From NCBI GenBank assembly GCA_051117555.1, contig JBNPEG010000013.1, positions 51,267 to 115,266 of the forward strand: a DNA stretch of 64,000 nucleotides, written 5' to 3'. This stretch comes from Elainellaceae cyanobacterium. GTDB taxonomy: Bacteria > Cyanobacteriota > Cyanobacteriia > CAZCXK01. Each line of letters starts with the position of its first letter. The first letter of the stretch is position 1. The notes below the pieces were generated by a model. That model did no database searches. It was not told the origin of the DNA and saw only the letters and a program-made list of their open reading frames with translations. Positions 31,950 through 41,099 of this stretch are shown in pieces. The position numbers and the translations under genes were made by a program.

Positions 31950-32171
31950 GAAGATCCAGGTTTTAAACCTGCACTAGCACGGCTATCGACGGTGTGTCGC
32001 TCTATTATATGGGGTCAGTTTACAGAAGAGAATCCATACTCTGCTCATATCCAGTTTTAGCTAGCAAATTATCCTGATGAGCCGCGTTTTGGCTGAAAAA
32101 TTAGGCAACTGAGGGTAGATAGATCAAATCAATCCTGTCTCCCAATTGCCATGCTTGGCTAAGACACATTC

Positions 32172-33575
32172 ATGAAGTCTAAACGTCGCGTTTCCCTGAT
32201 TCCCCTTTTGTCTTCGCTTTTAATTGCAGCACTTGCCGCTGATTTGCAAGTGAGAACGAGAGGAAAGGGCCTATTCATCCTGCTCTGCACCGCAATTATG
32301 ATGGGCGGGATCTTTGTTGTTTCGCCCCATCCGTCTCTATCACAGCCTGCGCAGCCTGAGACAGCGACTCCTTCACAAGAGTCAATCATGTTGGGTTTTC
32401 TAGACGAACATCCCTATGAACTCCAGCATTGGATTGAAGATGTTGTTCAGGAAAGCAGCGCTATTCAGAATTCATTTCAGTCTAAACTCGACCAACGATT
32501 TGGACTAACTCTCGATTTGCTGAAAGTTCTCAGTGCTGAGCTAATCATTATTTTGCCAGCCATTATTGGGCTATTGGCGCTTCTGTTTTATCGCAATGGT
32601 AAAAAGATTGCAGATGACGTCACCCATCAACTCCATGATGAAGAACAACGGATTGAGCAAAAATTAACTGATTTGCAAGATCAATCGTCTCAATTAAAGC
32701 GTGATTTAGAGCAACTCCAAATTGAAATATTTCATCGCTCATCCGATTATCCCTATCCACTGACGCTAGAAGGTTTAGGAAATCAGCGCGTCATTCAAAA
32801 TTTTTCCCGTTTTAGTGCCCCTCGACCTGCCCTCGAATCGGGACGTAGCCGCGAATCTGAATCGCTTTCCTCTAGCTTGGATCAAGATGTCGTGGCGCTG
32901 AGCTGCCCGATCGAGGTTACGACTGAGACGCTAACCGATAAATCAGATAGTGTTGTTCAAGACCCAGCACCCAGTACCGAATTGCCTGAGTGGTCGAGTC
33001 CTGAGGTATTGGAACAGGATGAATCAGCAGAATGTTTGGATTACCCGGCATCCATGGAGGCTGAACCTGAGACTAAATTGCTGGGTTCCTGCAATTCAGA
33101 TGCATTAACTGAGGCCGAAAATTCTGATTTTGACGATTCGCACGAGTTGGCAAATGATGATTCTGCGGAGCCTCCTGATGTAAATTCAATGCCTGACGAT
33201 ATTCTGTCTGAACTCGTCGAGGCGGATGTGGTGACGGGGCATGAAGAATCAGTCGAAGCCTATATGAAACGGGGTAATGCATCGTTTCTGCGATATCAGT
33301 ATCGGGAAGCGATTGCGTGGTACGAACGGGCGATCGCCATTTCTCCCGACCATTATTTAGCCTGGTTTGGCAAGGGGTTTGCACTTGCCCAATTGCATCA
33401 GTATCAGCAGGCACTTGCAGCCTATGATCGCGTTATTCAGAACCGGGAAGATTATCACTTAGCCTGGTATAACCGGGGCAAGGTTCTCGAAGAACTCCAG
33501 CAATTCGGAGAAGCACTTGCCTCGTATAATCGAGCCCTTGAATTGAAGCCGAACTGCTTAGATGCTCCGCTATAG
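32172..33575 (+). CDS. Membrane-anchored TPR protein
   Basis: N-terminal hydrophobic segments, coiled coil, acidic linker, about 3 C-terminal TPRs. Confidence 0.75.
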   Translation: MKSKRRVSLIPLLSSLLIAALAADLQVRTRGKGLFILLCTAIMMGGIFVVSPHPSLSQPAQPETATPSQESIMLGFLDEHPYELQHWIEDVVQESSAIQNSFQSKLDQRFGLTLDLLKVLSAELIIILPAIIGLLALLFYRNGKKIADDVTHQLHDEEQRIEQKLTDLQDQSSQLKRDLEQLQIEIFHRSSDYPYPLTLEGLGNQRVIQNFSRFSAPRPALESGRSRESESLSSSLDQDVVALSCPIEVTTETLTDKSDSVVQDPAPSTELPEWSSPEVLEQDESAECLDYPASMEAEPETKLLGSCNSDALTEAENSDFDDSHELANDDSAEPPDVNSMPDDILSELVEADVVTGHEESVEAYMKRGNASFLRYQYREAIAWYERAIAISPDHYLAWFGKGFALAQLHQYQQALAAYDRVIQNREDYHLAWYNRGKVLEELQQFGEALASYNRALELKPNCLDAPL

Positions 33576-33653
33576 AGCATCCCCATAAGCATAGCTACGT
33601 TTCTTTGCTGAACACCCTAAAGAAGAATGTCTCTAAATCAAAGAATTTCAAAT

Positions 33654-33678
33654 CCCCGGCATCTTTGAGATTCCGGGG
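33654..33678. terminator. Hairpin between convergent genes
   Basis: CCCCGG-CATCTTTGAGATT-CCGGGG. Confidence 0.45.
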
Positions 33679-33771
33679 ACTTAGGGGATCTATAAAGAAG
33701 AAACCAATCGTGTTTCAGCGCTATTCTATAAACACCCTATAAACCCAGGGTGTTTACGAATGGGCAAGCCG

Positions 33772-34968
33772 CTATTTGCGAATGGGGGTTCCACATGGAT
33801 AGGTCGCCACAGGCTCTCTCCCGGCGGTAGGTTTTCTCTGAGTCGGTTGAATAAAAGACCGTTCAGATTGCTGCGCCTGCGCGGTTAAGTAATCACGTCG
33901 CAGCGTTTCGAGCCATTCTTCACGACGGTCATACAAGCGCTTTAAGGGTCTGGGCGGGCATTGGTTGATGACATATGCCGTCAAGATAGGCAATGCAATG
34001 GTGTTATCGGTGTAACACACAATCGTGCTGGGAAGTTCATCTGGGTCAACTTTTCCCCAGCTTACGGCTTCGCTCGGAGTAGCCCCCGATAAACCGCCCG
34101 TGTCAGGGCGAGCATCCGTAATTTGAATAAAGTAGTCATGCCCGCGTTCTTCTAGCCCCAGCACCTCATGGATTTGAGGCTGAGTTTGTAAGAGAAAGTT
34201 TTTAGGACTCCCACCGCCGATGATAATAGCAGCACTCTTTCCTTCTCCGTCTGGCGAATCAGTCTGGCGCGCACTGTAGGCGATCGCCGCCGTCTCATTA
34301 ACATCGATGGATGGATCGATAACCAACTCGGAGCCTTCTAGCGCCAACGCTGCAACATTCATCCCAATCGAACTATCGCCAGGTGATGACGTATAAATCG
34401 GGACGCCACACTCATAAGCCGTTGCCAGCAAACTAGAGTTTTTTACCCCAATCTGCTGTTCAACGTGATGCACGGCCTGCCCTAACAGATAGTGGAACTC
34501 TGCCGTTCCCATACGCTTTTGGAATGGCTCAGCCTTGATCACGTTGCGAATAAACGCATCAGTTTCTAATAAAACATCGTAGCCAAATACAATATCGTAG
34601 ATGCGAATACGGCCTTCTTGCCGAAGTTTGACATCATCTACAAACGGATGGCTAGAGTATAAATCGAGCCCCAGTCCGTAGTGGATATCGTGATAAAGAT
34701 TAGCTCCAGTGCTGATGATCCAATCAATCATGCCACTCCGAATTAGAGGCGCAAGAACAGAAATTCCATATCCTGCAGGCGTCATCGCGCCAGACAAGCT
34801 TAGCCCTACGGTGACTCCCTCTCTCATCACGTTTCGGCTCAGCAAATGACAGATTTCCCGTAGGCGAGCCGAGTTATAGGCTGTGAAATAGTGATCAATC
34901 AAATCAACTACGCTGACATTCGCGGAAATTGGATCGGGCGCGATTTTGCGGCTAGGCACTTTAGACAT
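33772..34968 (-). CDS. Deoxyhypusine-synthase-like protein (cyanobacterial homospermidine synthase type)
   Basis: [52 protein letters not shown] 34968 follows AGGAG (track start 35049 runs through a tandem repeat). Confidence 0.88.
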   Translation of the reverse strand: MSKVPSRKIAPDPISANVSVVDLIDHYFTAYNSARLREICHLLSRNVMREGVTVGLSLSGAMTPAGYGISVLAPLIRSGMIDWIISTGANLYHDIHYGLGLDLYSSHPFVDDVKLRQEGRIRIYDIVFGYDVLLETDAFIRNVIKAEPFQKRMGTAEFHYLLGQAVHHVEQQIGVKNSSLLATAYECGVPIYTSSPGDSSIGMNVAALALEGSELVIDPSIDVNETAAIAYSARQTDSPDGEGKSAAIIIGGGSPKNFLLQTQPQIHEVLGLEERGHDYFIQITDARPDTGGLSGATPSEAVSWGKVDPDELPSTIVCYTDNTIALPILTAYVINQCPPRPLKRLYDRREEWLETLRRDYLTAQAQQSERSFIQPTQRKPTAGREPVATYPCGTPIRK

Positions 34969-34991
34969 GGAAAGACTCCTATCGTAAATAT

Positions 34992-35019
34992 TGAGTATCA
35001 AGATGAGTATCAAGATGAG
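34992..35019. repeat. 12-bp tandem duplication TGAGTATCAAGA x2.3
   Basis: Read directly. Confidence 0.85.
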
Positions 35020-35106
35020 CGTTAGAAGATTGGGGTTGATGGAAGACAAGAGCCGTCATCCAAAATTCAAACGCGCATGCTTGAGAACCTGAAAAATTAG
35101 GCAGTC

Positions 35107-35198
35107 TACAGCAATCCCAAATGGGTTGTGAGTGGTGGGGCAGGCGCCACCCGCCCCACCACTCACACACAATTCACAAGCGATTTAGGGTCGCTATA
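35107..35198. mobile_element. MITE-like element with imperfect terminal inverted repeats and internal 15-bp hairpin
   Basis: TACAGCAATCCCAAATGGGTTGTGA ... TCACAAGCGATTTAGGGTCGCTATA; internal TGTGAGTGGTGGGGC/GCCCCACCACTCACA. Confidence 0.65.
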
Positions 35199-35221
35199 TG
35201 ACGTTGCTAATAGAAATCAAC

Positions 35222-35450
35222 TCTGCCGATAGAGGAATTTTCATTAAGTAACCTCTATTCACTTGGAACCGAGGGCTAGGCAATGCTCAAATCGAAGCCC
35301 CTTGTATAGGTACGACATTACAGGCATGACACTCCACATGACCCTGTCAGGCTCAAAGCCAGGGGCTTTTTATCGGCAAAACGACCGTCTTAGACCTGGG
35401 CAATATTGAGCTAACCCACACCATCGGCCTGTCATACGCCATATGACAGC
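35222..35450 (-). promoter_or_regulatory. Candidate structured cis-regulatory RNA upstream of the homospermidine-synthase-like gene
   Basis: Nested complementary segments (35411-17/35273-79, 35406-11/35285-90, 35361-68/35295-302, 35429-36/35442-49) and competing pairings (35371-78/35224-31 vs 35229-35/35252-58). Confidence 0.5.
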
Positions 35451-35979
35451 GCAACCAGGAACATCTAATTTCGGCTAAATTCTTCAAACTCTGATCGATC
35501 CAGTTTGCGAGGGACAGAGTGATGCATATCGGGATAGAACGTCAACATCATGCACCAACCCCTGCAAACCCAGACTTGCAGATCGATCAGCCTATACTGG
35601 GCGCCTCGCACCGGTCTACCCAAGATAGAGCAGGGTCGCACAGGCGTCTTCGCTTTAAATTCATCTCCAGAAACCAAAGCGGTTTCCAGGGATACTCAAC
35701 ATGGGGATAGCGATTCAACGGTCTACGCAACCTTATAAATACAACTTTTTCAATCTAGCATTTCTCGCTCACATCGGCTCGGTGAGATTACTCAAAGTTT
35801 TTACGCGTCCCAATCAATCTAAAGCTATAGCCTTACGCTCTCGCGTTAGGACGCCGAACGTGTAAAACCCGTGCGGCAGGCGGGTCCTTTACACAAATCT
35901 GAGCCCATAGGGCTATGGCAATTTGCAATTGCCAGGAATATCTCTAGCCCTAATGTTATAGAAGTTAATTTAGGACACC

Positions 35980-36015
35980 TTGACAATTCACCCTAATTTC
36001 CGTAACAATAGATAC
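35980..36015 (+). promoter_or_regulatory. Sigma70-type promoter with overlapping NtcA box
   Basis: TTGACA 35980-85, -10-like TAACAAT 36003-09, GTA-ACAATAGA-TAC (GTA-N8-TAC) 36002-15. Confidence 0.6.
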
Positions 36016-36023
36016 AGAAATAA

Positions 36024-36140
36024 ATCGTTCATCTCCTCTCGCTTCTGTTGCGAAGAGTCTATTTCTAAGGAAATTTACTGCCAGAAGCAAATCAGAGGCA
36101 AATAGGAGACGGAAGTAGGGATTAATCCCGAAGGAACGCG
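36024..36140 (+). ncRNA. Glutamine riboswitch (glnA motif, class I) with extended P2
   Basis: ATCGTTCATC ... GACGGAAGTAGGG-ATTAAT-CCCGAAGGAACGC matches the glnA RNA consensus; TCTCCT/AGGAGA P2 base. Confidence 0.88.
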
Positions 36141-36177
36141 ATTCATTACTTCTGTCGTAATCGAGAGGCGATTTCTT

Positions 36178-36354
36178 ATGTCATTACATTATCGTGGAGT
36201 TACCTACGACCGCTCCCCTGCAGCGCTAGAAACCACAGAAAGCGAAGTTGTCGAGCATTATCGCGGAGCAACTTACAGAATGAGGAAGCCAGTGAATGCT
36301 CCTGATCAGCATCCTGGTATTCGTCTAAAGTATCGCGGTGCTTGGGTTCAGTAA
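36178..36354 (+). CDS. DUF4278-type small protein (58 aa), not in ORF track
   Basis: MSLHYRGVTYDRSPAALETTESEVVEHYRGATYRMRKPVNAPDQHPGIRLKYRGAWVQ; three YRG motifs; GAGAGG RBS; downstream of glutamine riboswitch. Confidence 0.88.
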   Translation: MSLHYRGVTYDRSPAALETTESEVVEHYRGATYRMRKPVNAPDQHPGIRLKYRGAWVQ

Positions 36355-36458
36355 TGCAGAGCTAGAGAGTCTGGATCACGATTGCATTGACGTCCTAGCA
36401 TTAAAGTCGTGACGTTAGGCTATCGATGTTAATCTGCAGCACTCTCAAAAGCCAACTT

Positions 36459-36493
36459 ATAACAGCATCCCTATAGACTAGGGATGCTGTTAT
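36459..36493 (+). terminator. 15-bp hairpin after DUF4278 gene
   Basis: ATAACAGCATCCCTA-TAGAC-TAGGGATGCTGTTAT. Confidence 0.75.
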
Positions 36494-36716
36494 GCTAATT
36501 TGCACCAGAGACGTATAGTCTTATGGGCTTGGATTTGTGTTCAGACTCCCCGCGACGTATGCGTCTAAACGCGTTCGATATTCTAACGTGAGAGCGCAAG
36601 ACTATAACAAGACTATAATTCGTGGTGAGTGAGAGGCCAGAGCTTTTACTCATCCAACAATTTTAGGTATAGCGTAAGCAAGTAGACGATACTCGGCGCT
36701 GATATAGTGTGGCTCT

Positions 36717-36902
36717 ATGGGTAAGAATATTGGATTTGTGCTCAAAATTTTAGGAATTTCAACCATCGCAGCGATCGCCATTAAATATGGTGCACCGTAT
36801 TTAAACATCCCAGCAACTCCTGTCACCGCGATTTTGATCGTCTTATTGCCTAGTATGATCATGGCTGCTCTGCTGAGTTGGCGAGTTAAGAACCGCGAGT
36901 AG
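36717..36902 (+). CDS. Small two-TM membrane protein
   Basis: 61 aa; FVLK......AIAIKYG..L......AI.IVLLP pattern. Confidence 0.6.
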   Translation: MGKNIGFVLKILGISTIAAIAIKYGAPYLNIPATPVTAILIVLLPSMIMAALLSWRVKNRE

Positions 36903-36956
36903 TAATATCTCAAGGCTTCCCTACATAGCTGCCAGTCCACTGGTTTAGTTCAACCT

Positions 36957-38165
36957 ATGCCCATCCGTACGATTGCAGACATTAATGAGAAAATTGAGCA
37001 TCAAAAAGCCACGGTCTTGACGGTGGAGGAACTAAAGGCGCGAGTGGCAGAGGTAGGTGTGGCTCAAACGGCTCGCGAGGTGGATGTCATTACGACAGGG
37101 ACGTTTGAGCCCATGGAGTCATCGGGGGCCATTTTGAATTTAGGACATACCGATCCTCCTATCAAAATTCGACGGTGCTGGATGGATGGCATCTTGGCAT
37201 ACTCTGGCTTTGGAGCCGTTGATTTGTATATTGGAGCGACTCAGTCCGCTGAATATTCTGGCATTGCGGATGTCCCGGATTTGTCCGATGAATCACGGGA
37301 ACGGGGGGGAGGACACGTGATTGCAGACCTGATTGCTGGGAAGCAGGTGCGCCTACGAGCCATTGGTCAGGTTACAGACTGCTATGCTCGAGCATCCTTT
37401 GAAACAACGATTACTCGAGACACTATTAATCAGTTTTATTTATTTAATCCCCGAAATTTATATCAAAACTTTATAGTTGGTGTGAATGGGGGCGATCGCC
37501 CCCTATGTACTTATTTGGGGCCTTTGCAACCGCGTTTAGGGAATGCCGTCTATGCTAATTCAGGGGCAATCTCGCCCCTGCTTAACGACCCTGAGCTCAA
37601 TCTAGTCGGCATTGGAACGCGAATCTTTATGGGCGGAGGCATTGGATATGTTGCTTGGGAAGGGACTCAGCACTTTCCGCTCCAAAAGCGGCTTCCCAAT
37701 CAAACCCCCATTGGACCCGCTGCAACCTTAGCGCTTATCGGCGATGCTAAGCAAATGAGGACCAAATGGGTTCGGGGGTGTTATTTCAAAGGGTATGGTC
37801 CATCGCTGATGATAGGAATCGGGGTGCCTCTCCCCATTCTCGAAGAGGACGTTGTCCGTCATTGTTCTGTCCATGATCGAGATTTGGTTGCCCCAGTCGT
37901 TGATTTTTCGATTCCTCGACGAGTGCGTCCTACGTTTGGACTGGTCAGTTACGCACAGCTCAAGTCAGGACGGATCACCATTGATGGCAGAGCCGTTCGC
38001 ACAGCTCCCCTAACTAGCATTTATCTGTCTCGGCAGATTGCCGTCGAGCTAAAGCAGTGGATTGAAGCAGGCTCTTTCCTGCTCACGCAACCGATCGCCC
38101 CCATCCCGATGGATCGAACGTTTGTTGCCCAAGATCAATGGAGCACTCAAATTACTCTGGAGTAG
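36957..38165 (+). CDS. DUF39 homocysteine-biosynthesis family protein (no CBS domains)
   Basis: RTI.DINEKI, VDVITTGTF.PM.SSG, GGGHVI.DL..GK, DCY, NPRN.YQN, GTRIF.GG..GYV...GTQH. Confidence 0.85.
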   Translation: MPIRTIADINEKIEHQKATVLTVEELKARVAEVGVAQTAREVDVITTGTFEPMESSGAILNLGHTDPPIKIRRCWMDGILAYSGFGAVDLYIGATQSAEYSGIADVPDLSDESRERGGGHVIADLIAGKQVRLRAIGQVTDCYARASFETTITRDTINQFYLFNPRNLYQNFIVGVNGGDRPLCTYLGPLQPRLGNAVYANSGAISPLLNDPELNLVGIGTRIFMGGGIGYVAWEGTQHFPLQKRLPNQTPIGPAATLALIGDAKQMRTKWVRGCYFKGYGPSLMIGIGVPLPILEEDVVRHCSVHDRDLVAPVVDFSIPRRVRPTFGLVSYAQLKSGRITIDGRAVRTAPLTSIYLSRQIAVELKQWIEAGSFLLTQPIAPIPMDRTFVAQDQWSTQITLE

Positions 38166-39546
38166 ATTGAGAATCATTCTGGCGACGTTTGACTGGACGT
38201 GCTGTGGGTGAACTGCGACCTGACGAGGGGCGATCGCTAGGCTGTTGACCATCACGAGGGCCGCTGCGAAAGCGCTTGTTAGGTCGACTGGGTTTACCCT
38301 TATAAGAACCTCTCTTGCCACCGACTCTACCCGGGCCACCACCACTGCGACGGGATTTGCCACTCCGTTTACTGGGAGGCACTAAGCCAATCATCATGCC
38401 ATCTTGCACCACCAAATCATTGCCTTGCCGTTGGACGTGCAAGTCCCAGAAGTAGCCAATCGCTTTTCTGTCGAGAGTCCCTTTCAATGTCAGATTAAAT
38501 GTCTTAGCTGGCTTTGTGCCATGGCGGGGCGCTTGACAGATCTTGACCTTGATTTCGTCATCCTCTTTAGACTGCTTAACTACTTCTCCCCGAATTGAGA
38601 AATACCCATCCTCAATTTTAGGAGGCATTGAGACGCTAGATTTTAATACGCTGGGTTTCTCAGGTGTGATGCTTGGCTTGGTCGGGGGGCGCTTAAGCTC
38701 CGGAATTGCTGGTGTGTGAAGTTCTTCGCTAGATGAATCTTCTACAATAGTTTGGTCTGTTTGAATGTCGCTGGCTTGATTGTCAGCATCACGCTCATGA
38801 GTCGACGGCACTGACGATTGATCTGAGGCACTCTCGACAGGCACTTCAGCGTCTGCTTGTTCCGAGGGCGTGTCAGTTTGGTCTAGAGCCGCATCACTAG
38901 GGTGCCCCTCGTCAGGCTGGCTCTCATCTCCGTCGGAGGCATCCTCCTCGGAAGAATCTTCATTCGAAAGGGCGTCTATATCATCGGACGCGTCCTTGTT
39001 TAAGTTTTCGGGTTCCCAAACTCCAACAACTTGAACATGAAGCTGTTCGTCTTTGTTCCGAGTTCGAGGATAGACGACCCATAAGTGGGGCTGTTCTAGG
39101 TCTAAATGTTTCTTGACTAGGCTCATTACCCGTCCCAGAAGAACCGCATCAATGGGATAACCATCTTCGGTTTCCATTTGACCCCGCGTAAATTGTTCGT
39201 CTGAGGCTATGTACTTTCCTTTCATTAAGCCAATGGCTCGATACTGCATCGGCTCACTCGCAGGCGGGATCGGTTGCTGACGAGGAATATCTGATGAGTC
39301 GGGCGATGGATTGTTGGTTTGGGAAGTTGTCACGTCTTTAGAAGATGTCTGAGACGATGCCGTTTCTGGGGTAGATGAGGAAGCGGAAGAGAGCATGTCG
39401 GTTGATTGGTGTGAATGCTGATCCATGTCGGTTTCTGCTAGAGCGTTCGGCGAAGACGGCAATCGGTCAGGCCGAGTATCGGGCCGATTAGCAGAGGATG
39501 AAGCTGACGTAGACGGTTGAGAAAACCCATTCTCGGAGGAATTCAT
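38152..39546 (-). CDS. Conserved hypothetical protein with disordered regions and basic C-tail
   Basis: Globular cores QPIPP.SEPMQYRAIG...WVVYPRT...GVWEPE and YFSIRGEV; overlaps convergent gene end by 14 nt. Confidence 0.75.
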   Translation of the reverse strand: MNSSENGFSQPSTSASSSANRPDTRPDRLPSSPNALAETDMDQHSHQSTDMLSSASSSTPETASSQTSSKDVTTSQTNNPSPDSSDIPRQQPIPPASEPMQYRAIGLMKGKYIASDEQFTRGQMETEDGYPIDAVLLGRVMSLVKKHLDLEQPHLWVVYPRTRNKDEQLHVQVVGVWEPENLNKDASDDIDALSNEDSSEEDASDGDESQPDEGHPSDAALDQTDTPSEQADAEVPVESASDQSSVPSTHERDADNQASDIQTDQTIVEDSSSEELHTPAIPELKRPPTKPSITPEKPSVLKSSVSMPPKIEDGYFSIRGEVVKQSKEDDEIKVKICQAPRHGTKPAKTFNLTLKGTLDRKAIGYFWDLHVQRQGNDLVVQDGMMIGLVPPSKRSGKSRRSGGGPGRVGGKRGSYKGKPSRPNKRFRSGPRDGQQPSDRPSSGRSSPTARPVKRRQNDSQSTPE

Positions 39547-40010
39547 AAAACCTACCTTCCAGCGGAAATTTTCCGCTCAGCATTAGCCGCTAGAGCACAG
39601 TAAACACTAGGTTAACATCTACATCTGATTCGGCTTCGACTGTCTGAGCGGATTTCTTGAACCACCAGACTGTTTGAGCCCTGCAAACCTTCTAGATTAA
39701 TTTAATGTAATCAATCAATTTGGGAATTACATAACCGATAGTTAATGCCTTGCCCAACAGGGCTAGACAGAGAAAGGTTAGAAATCAAACGACAGAGATA
39801 TTAAACCCAGCTAAACGGTGATCTAGCCAAGTATCCTCTTTTTGTTTATACAGTAAGGATTCTCGTTTTCAGGCATTTTTCGGGAGAATTATCCAATTGG
39901 ATTCATATATTAAGCCGTTCAAAGTGCTGTAAATAAAGGATTACTCAGCCAAATAGGCTGGGAAATTCCGGATGTAACTCATAGATGTGACTCATAATGA
40001 CAGATAGAGT

Positions 40011-40925
40011 TTGGACAATCGCGTGTTAGATAAACGCAAACGCTGGCTGGTTAATATCATTCTTGGAATAGCGGTACTTTCCTTTGCTGGAATTGCGCTA
40101 GTTTTGCCGCTCAGTCAGATTTTTCAAAATGATCAACAAGCGACTGGATCTGCGACAGAAACCCAAAGCTCGGATCTGGCGGCTCAGGCTAGGGGATATG
40201 AGCTGGTTCTAGAGAGGGAGCCTAATAATGAAACGGCTCTTCGGCAATTGCTGAGCATCCGGATTCAGCAACAGGATTTAGAGGCGACCATCCCGCTGTT
40301 AGAAAGGCTAGTTGAGCTTCGCCCTGAGCAGACTGAATATGCGGTCTTACTGGCGCAGACGAAGCAGCAAGCGGGCGATCGCGAGGGGGCTGCTCAGATA
40401 TATCGCGATGTGTTGTCGTCTAACCCAGGCGATATGAATGCCCTGCAAGGTCTAGTGGTGCTGTTGCTACAGCAAGAGCGTCCTGAGGCCGCGATTGGTT
40501 TATTGGAGGATACGCTTCGCAATGCTGACGAGATTAATCAAATTCAGCCGAATAGCCTTGATGTAACATCCGTACAGCTTTTGTTGGGACGGGTCTATGT
40601 TGAGCTTGGTCGAGATGCAGAGGCGATCGCCCTGTATGATGAAGCCATCCAAAATGACCCGCAAGATTTTCGTCCAGTTTTGAGTAAAGCGCTTATTTTG
40701 CAAACCCAAGGACAAAATGACGAAGCAGAATCGCTTTTTACCCGAGCAGAATCACTCGCCCCAGCCCAATATAAAGATGAAATCAAGCGACTTGCATCCG
40801 GCGAAGATCCTACGGCTGAGGGTACAACACCTCCGGAGTTAGACTCTGGCGCACGTGAAGGCGATCCAAGCGAGGCGGTTCCGGTTTCCCCAGACGACTC
40901 ATCTTCGCCATCGCCGTCTGACTAA
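40011..40925 (+). CDS. Membrane-anchored TPR protein
   Basis: N-terminal TM; GYELVL.REP.N..AL; TPR repeats; DFRP.L.KA. Confidence 0.8.
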   Translation: MDNRVLDKRKRWLVNIILGIAVLSFAGIALVLPLSQIFQNDQQATGSATETQSSDLAAQARGYELVLEREPNNETALRQLLSIRIQQQDLEATIPLLERLVELRPEQTEYAVLLAQTKQQAGDREGAAQIYRDVLSSNPGDMNALQGLVVLLLQQERPEAAIGLLEDTLRNADEINQIQPNSLDVTSVQLLLGRVYVELGRDAEAIALYDEAIQNDPQDFRPVLSKALILQTQGQNDEAESLFTRAESLAPAQYKDEIKRLASGEDPTAEGTTPPELDSGAREGDPSEAVPVSPDDSSSPSPSD

Positions 40926-41099
40926 TAACCGTCTTAACGAAAAATTGGGTTGGCACACCAGGAATTGCATTGTTCCTGATGTCCTCGGGCTGTTTGAGAG
41001 ACATCCTTACAGCCTCACTCCAGATTGGCTGACAAAACTTTTTGCAGCGGCAGTTGTAGACGCATAGCGGCTTCTCGCAGAGTAACTGCTGCTATACGA

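Noticed and set aside
34969..35049. N-terminal extension of the DHS-like ORF ([11 protein letters not shown] looks like a TM)
   Set aside because: Artefact of a 12-bp tandem repeat; a good RBS precedes ATG 34968
35222..35450. Canonical guanidine-I riboswitch, 6S RNA or SRP RNA call
   Set aside because: Motif order and the 3' P3 element do not match canonical ykkC, and no 6S/SRP signature was recognised; kept only as a candidate novel RNA
35465..35738. Three overlapping short ORFs in the intergenic region
   Set aside because: No motifs or clear RBS; mutually overlapping
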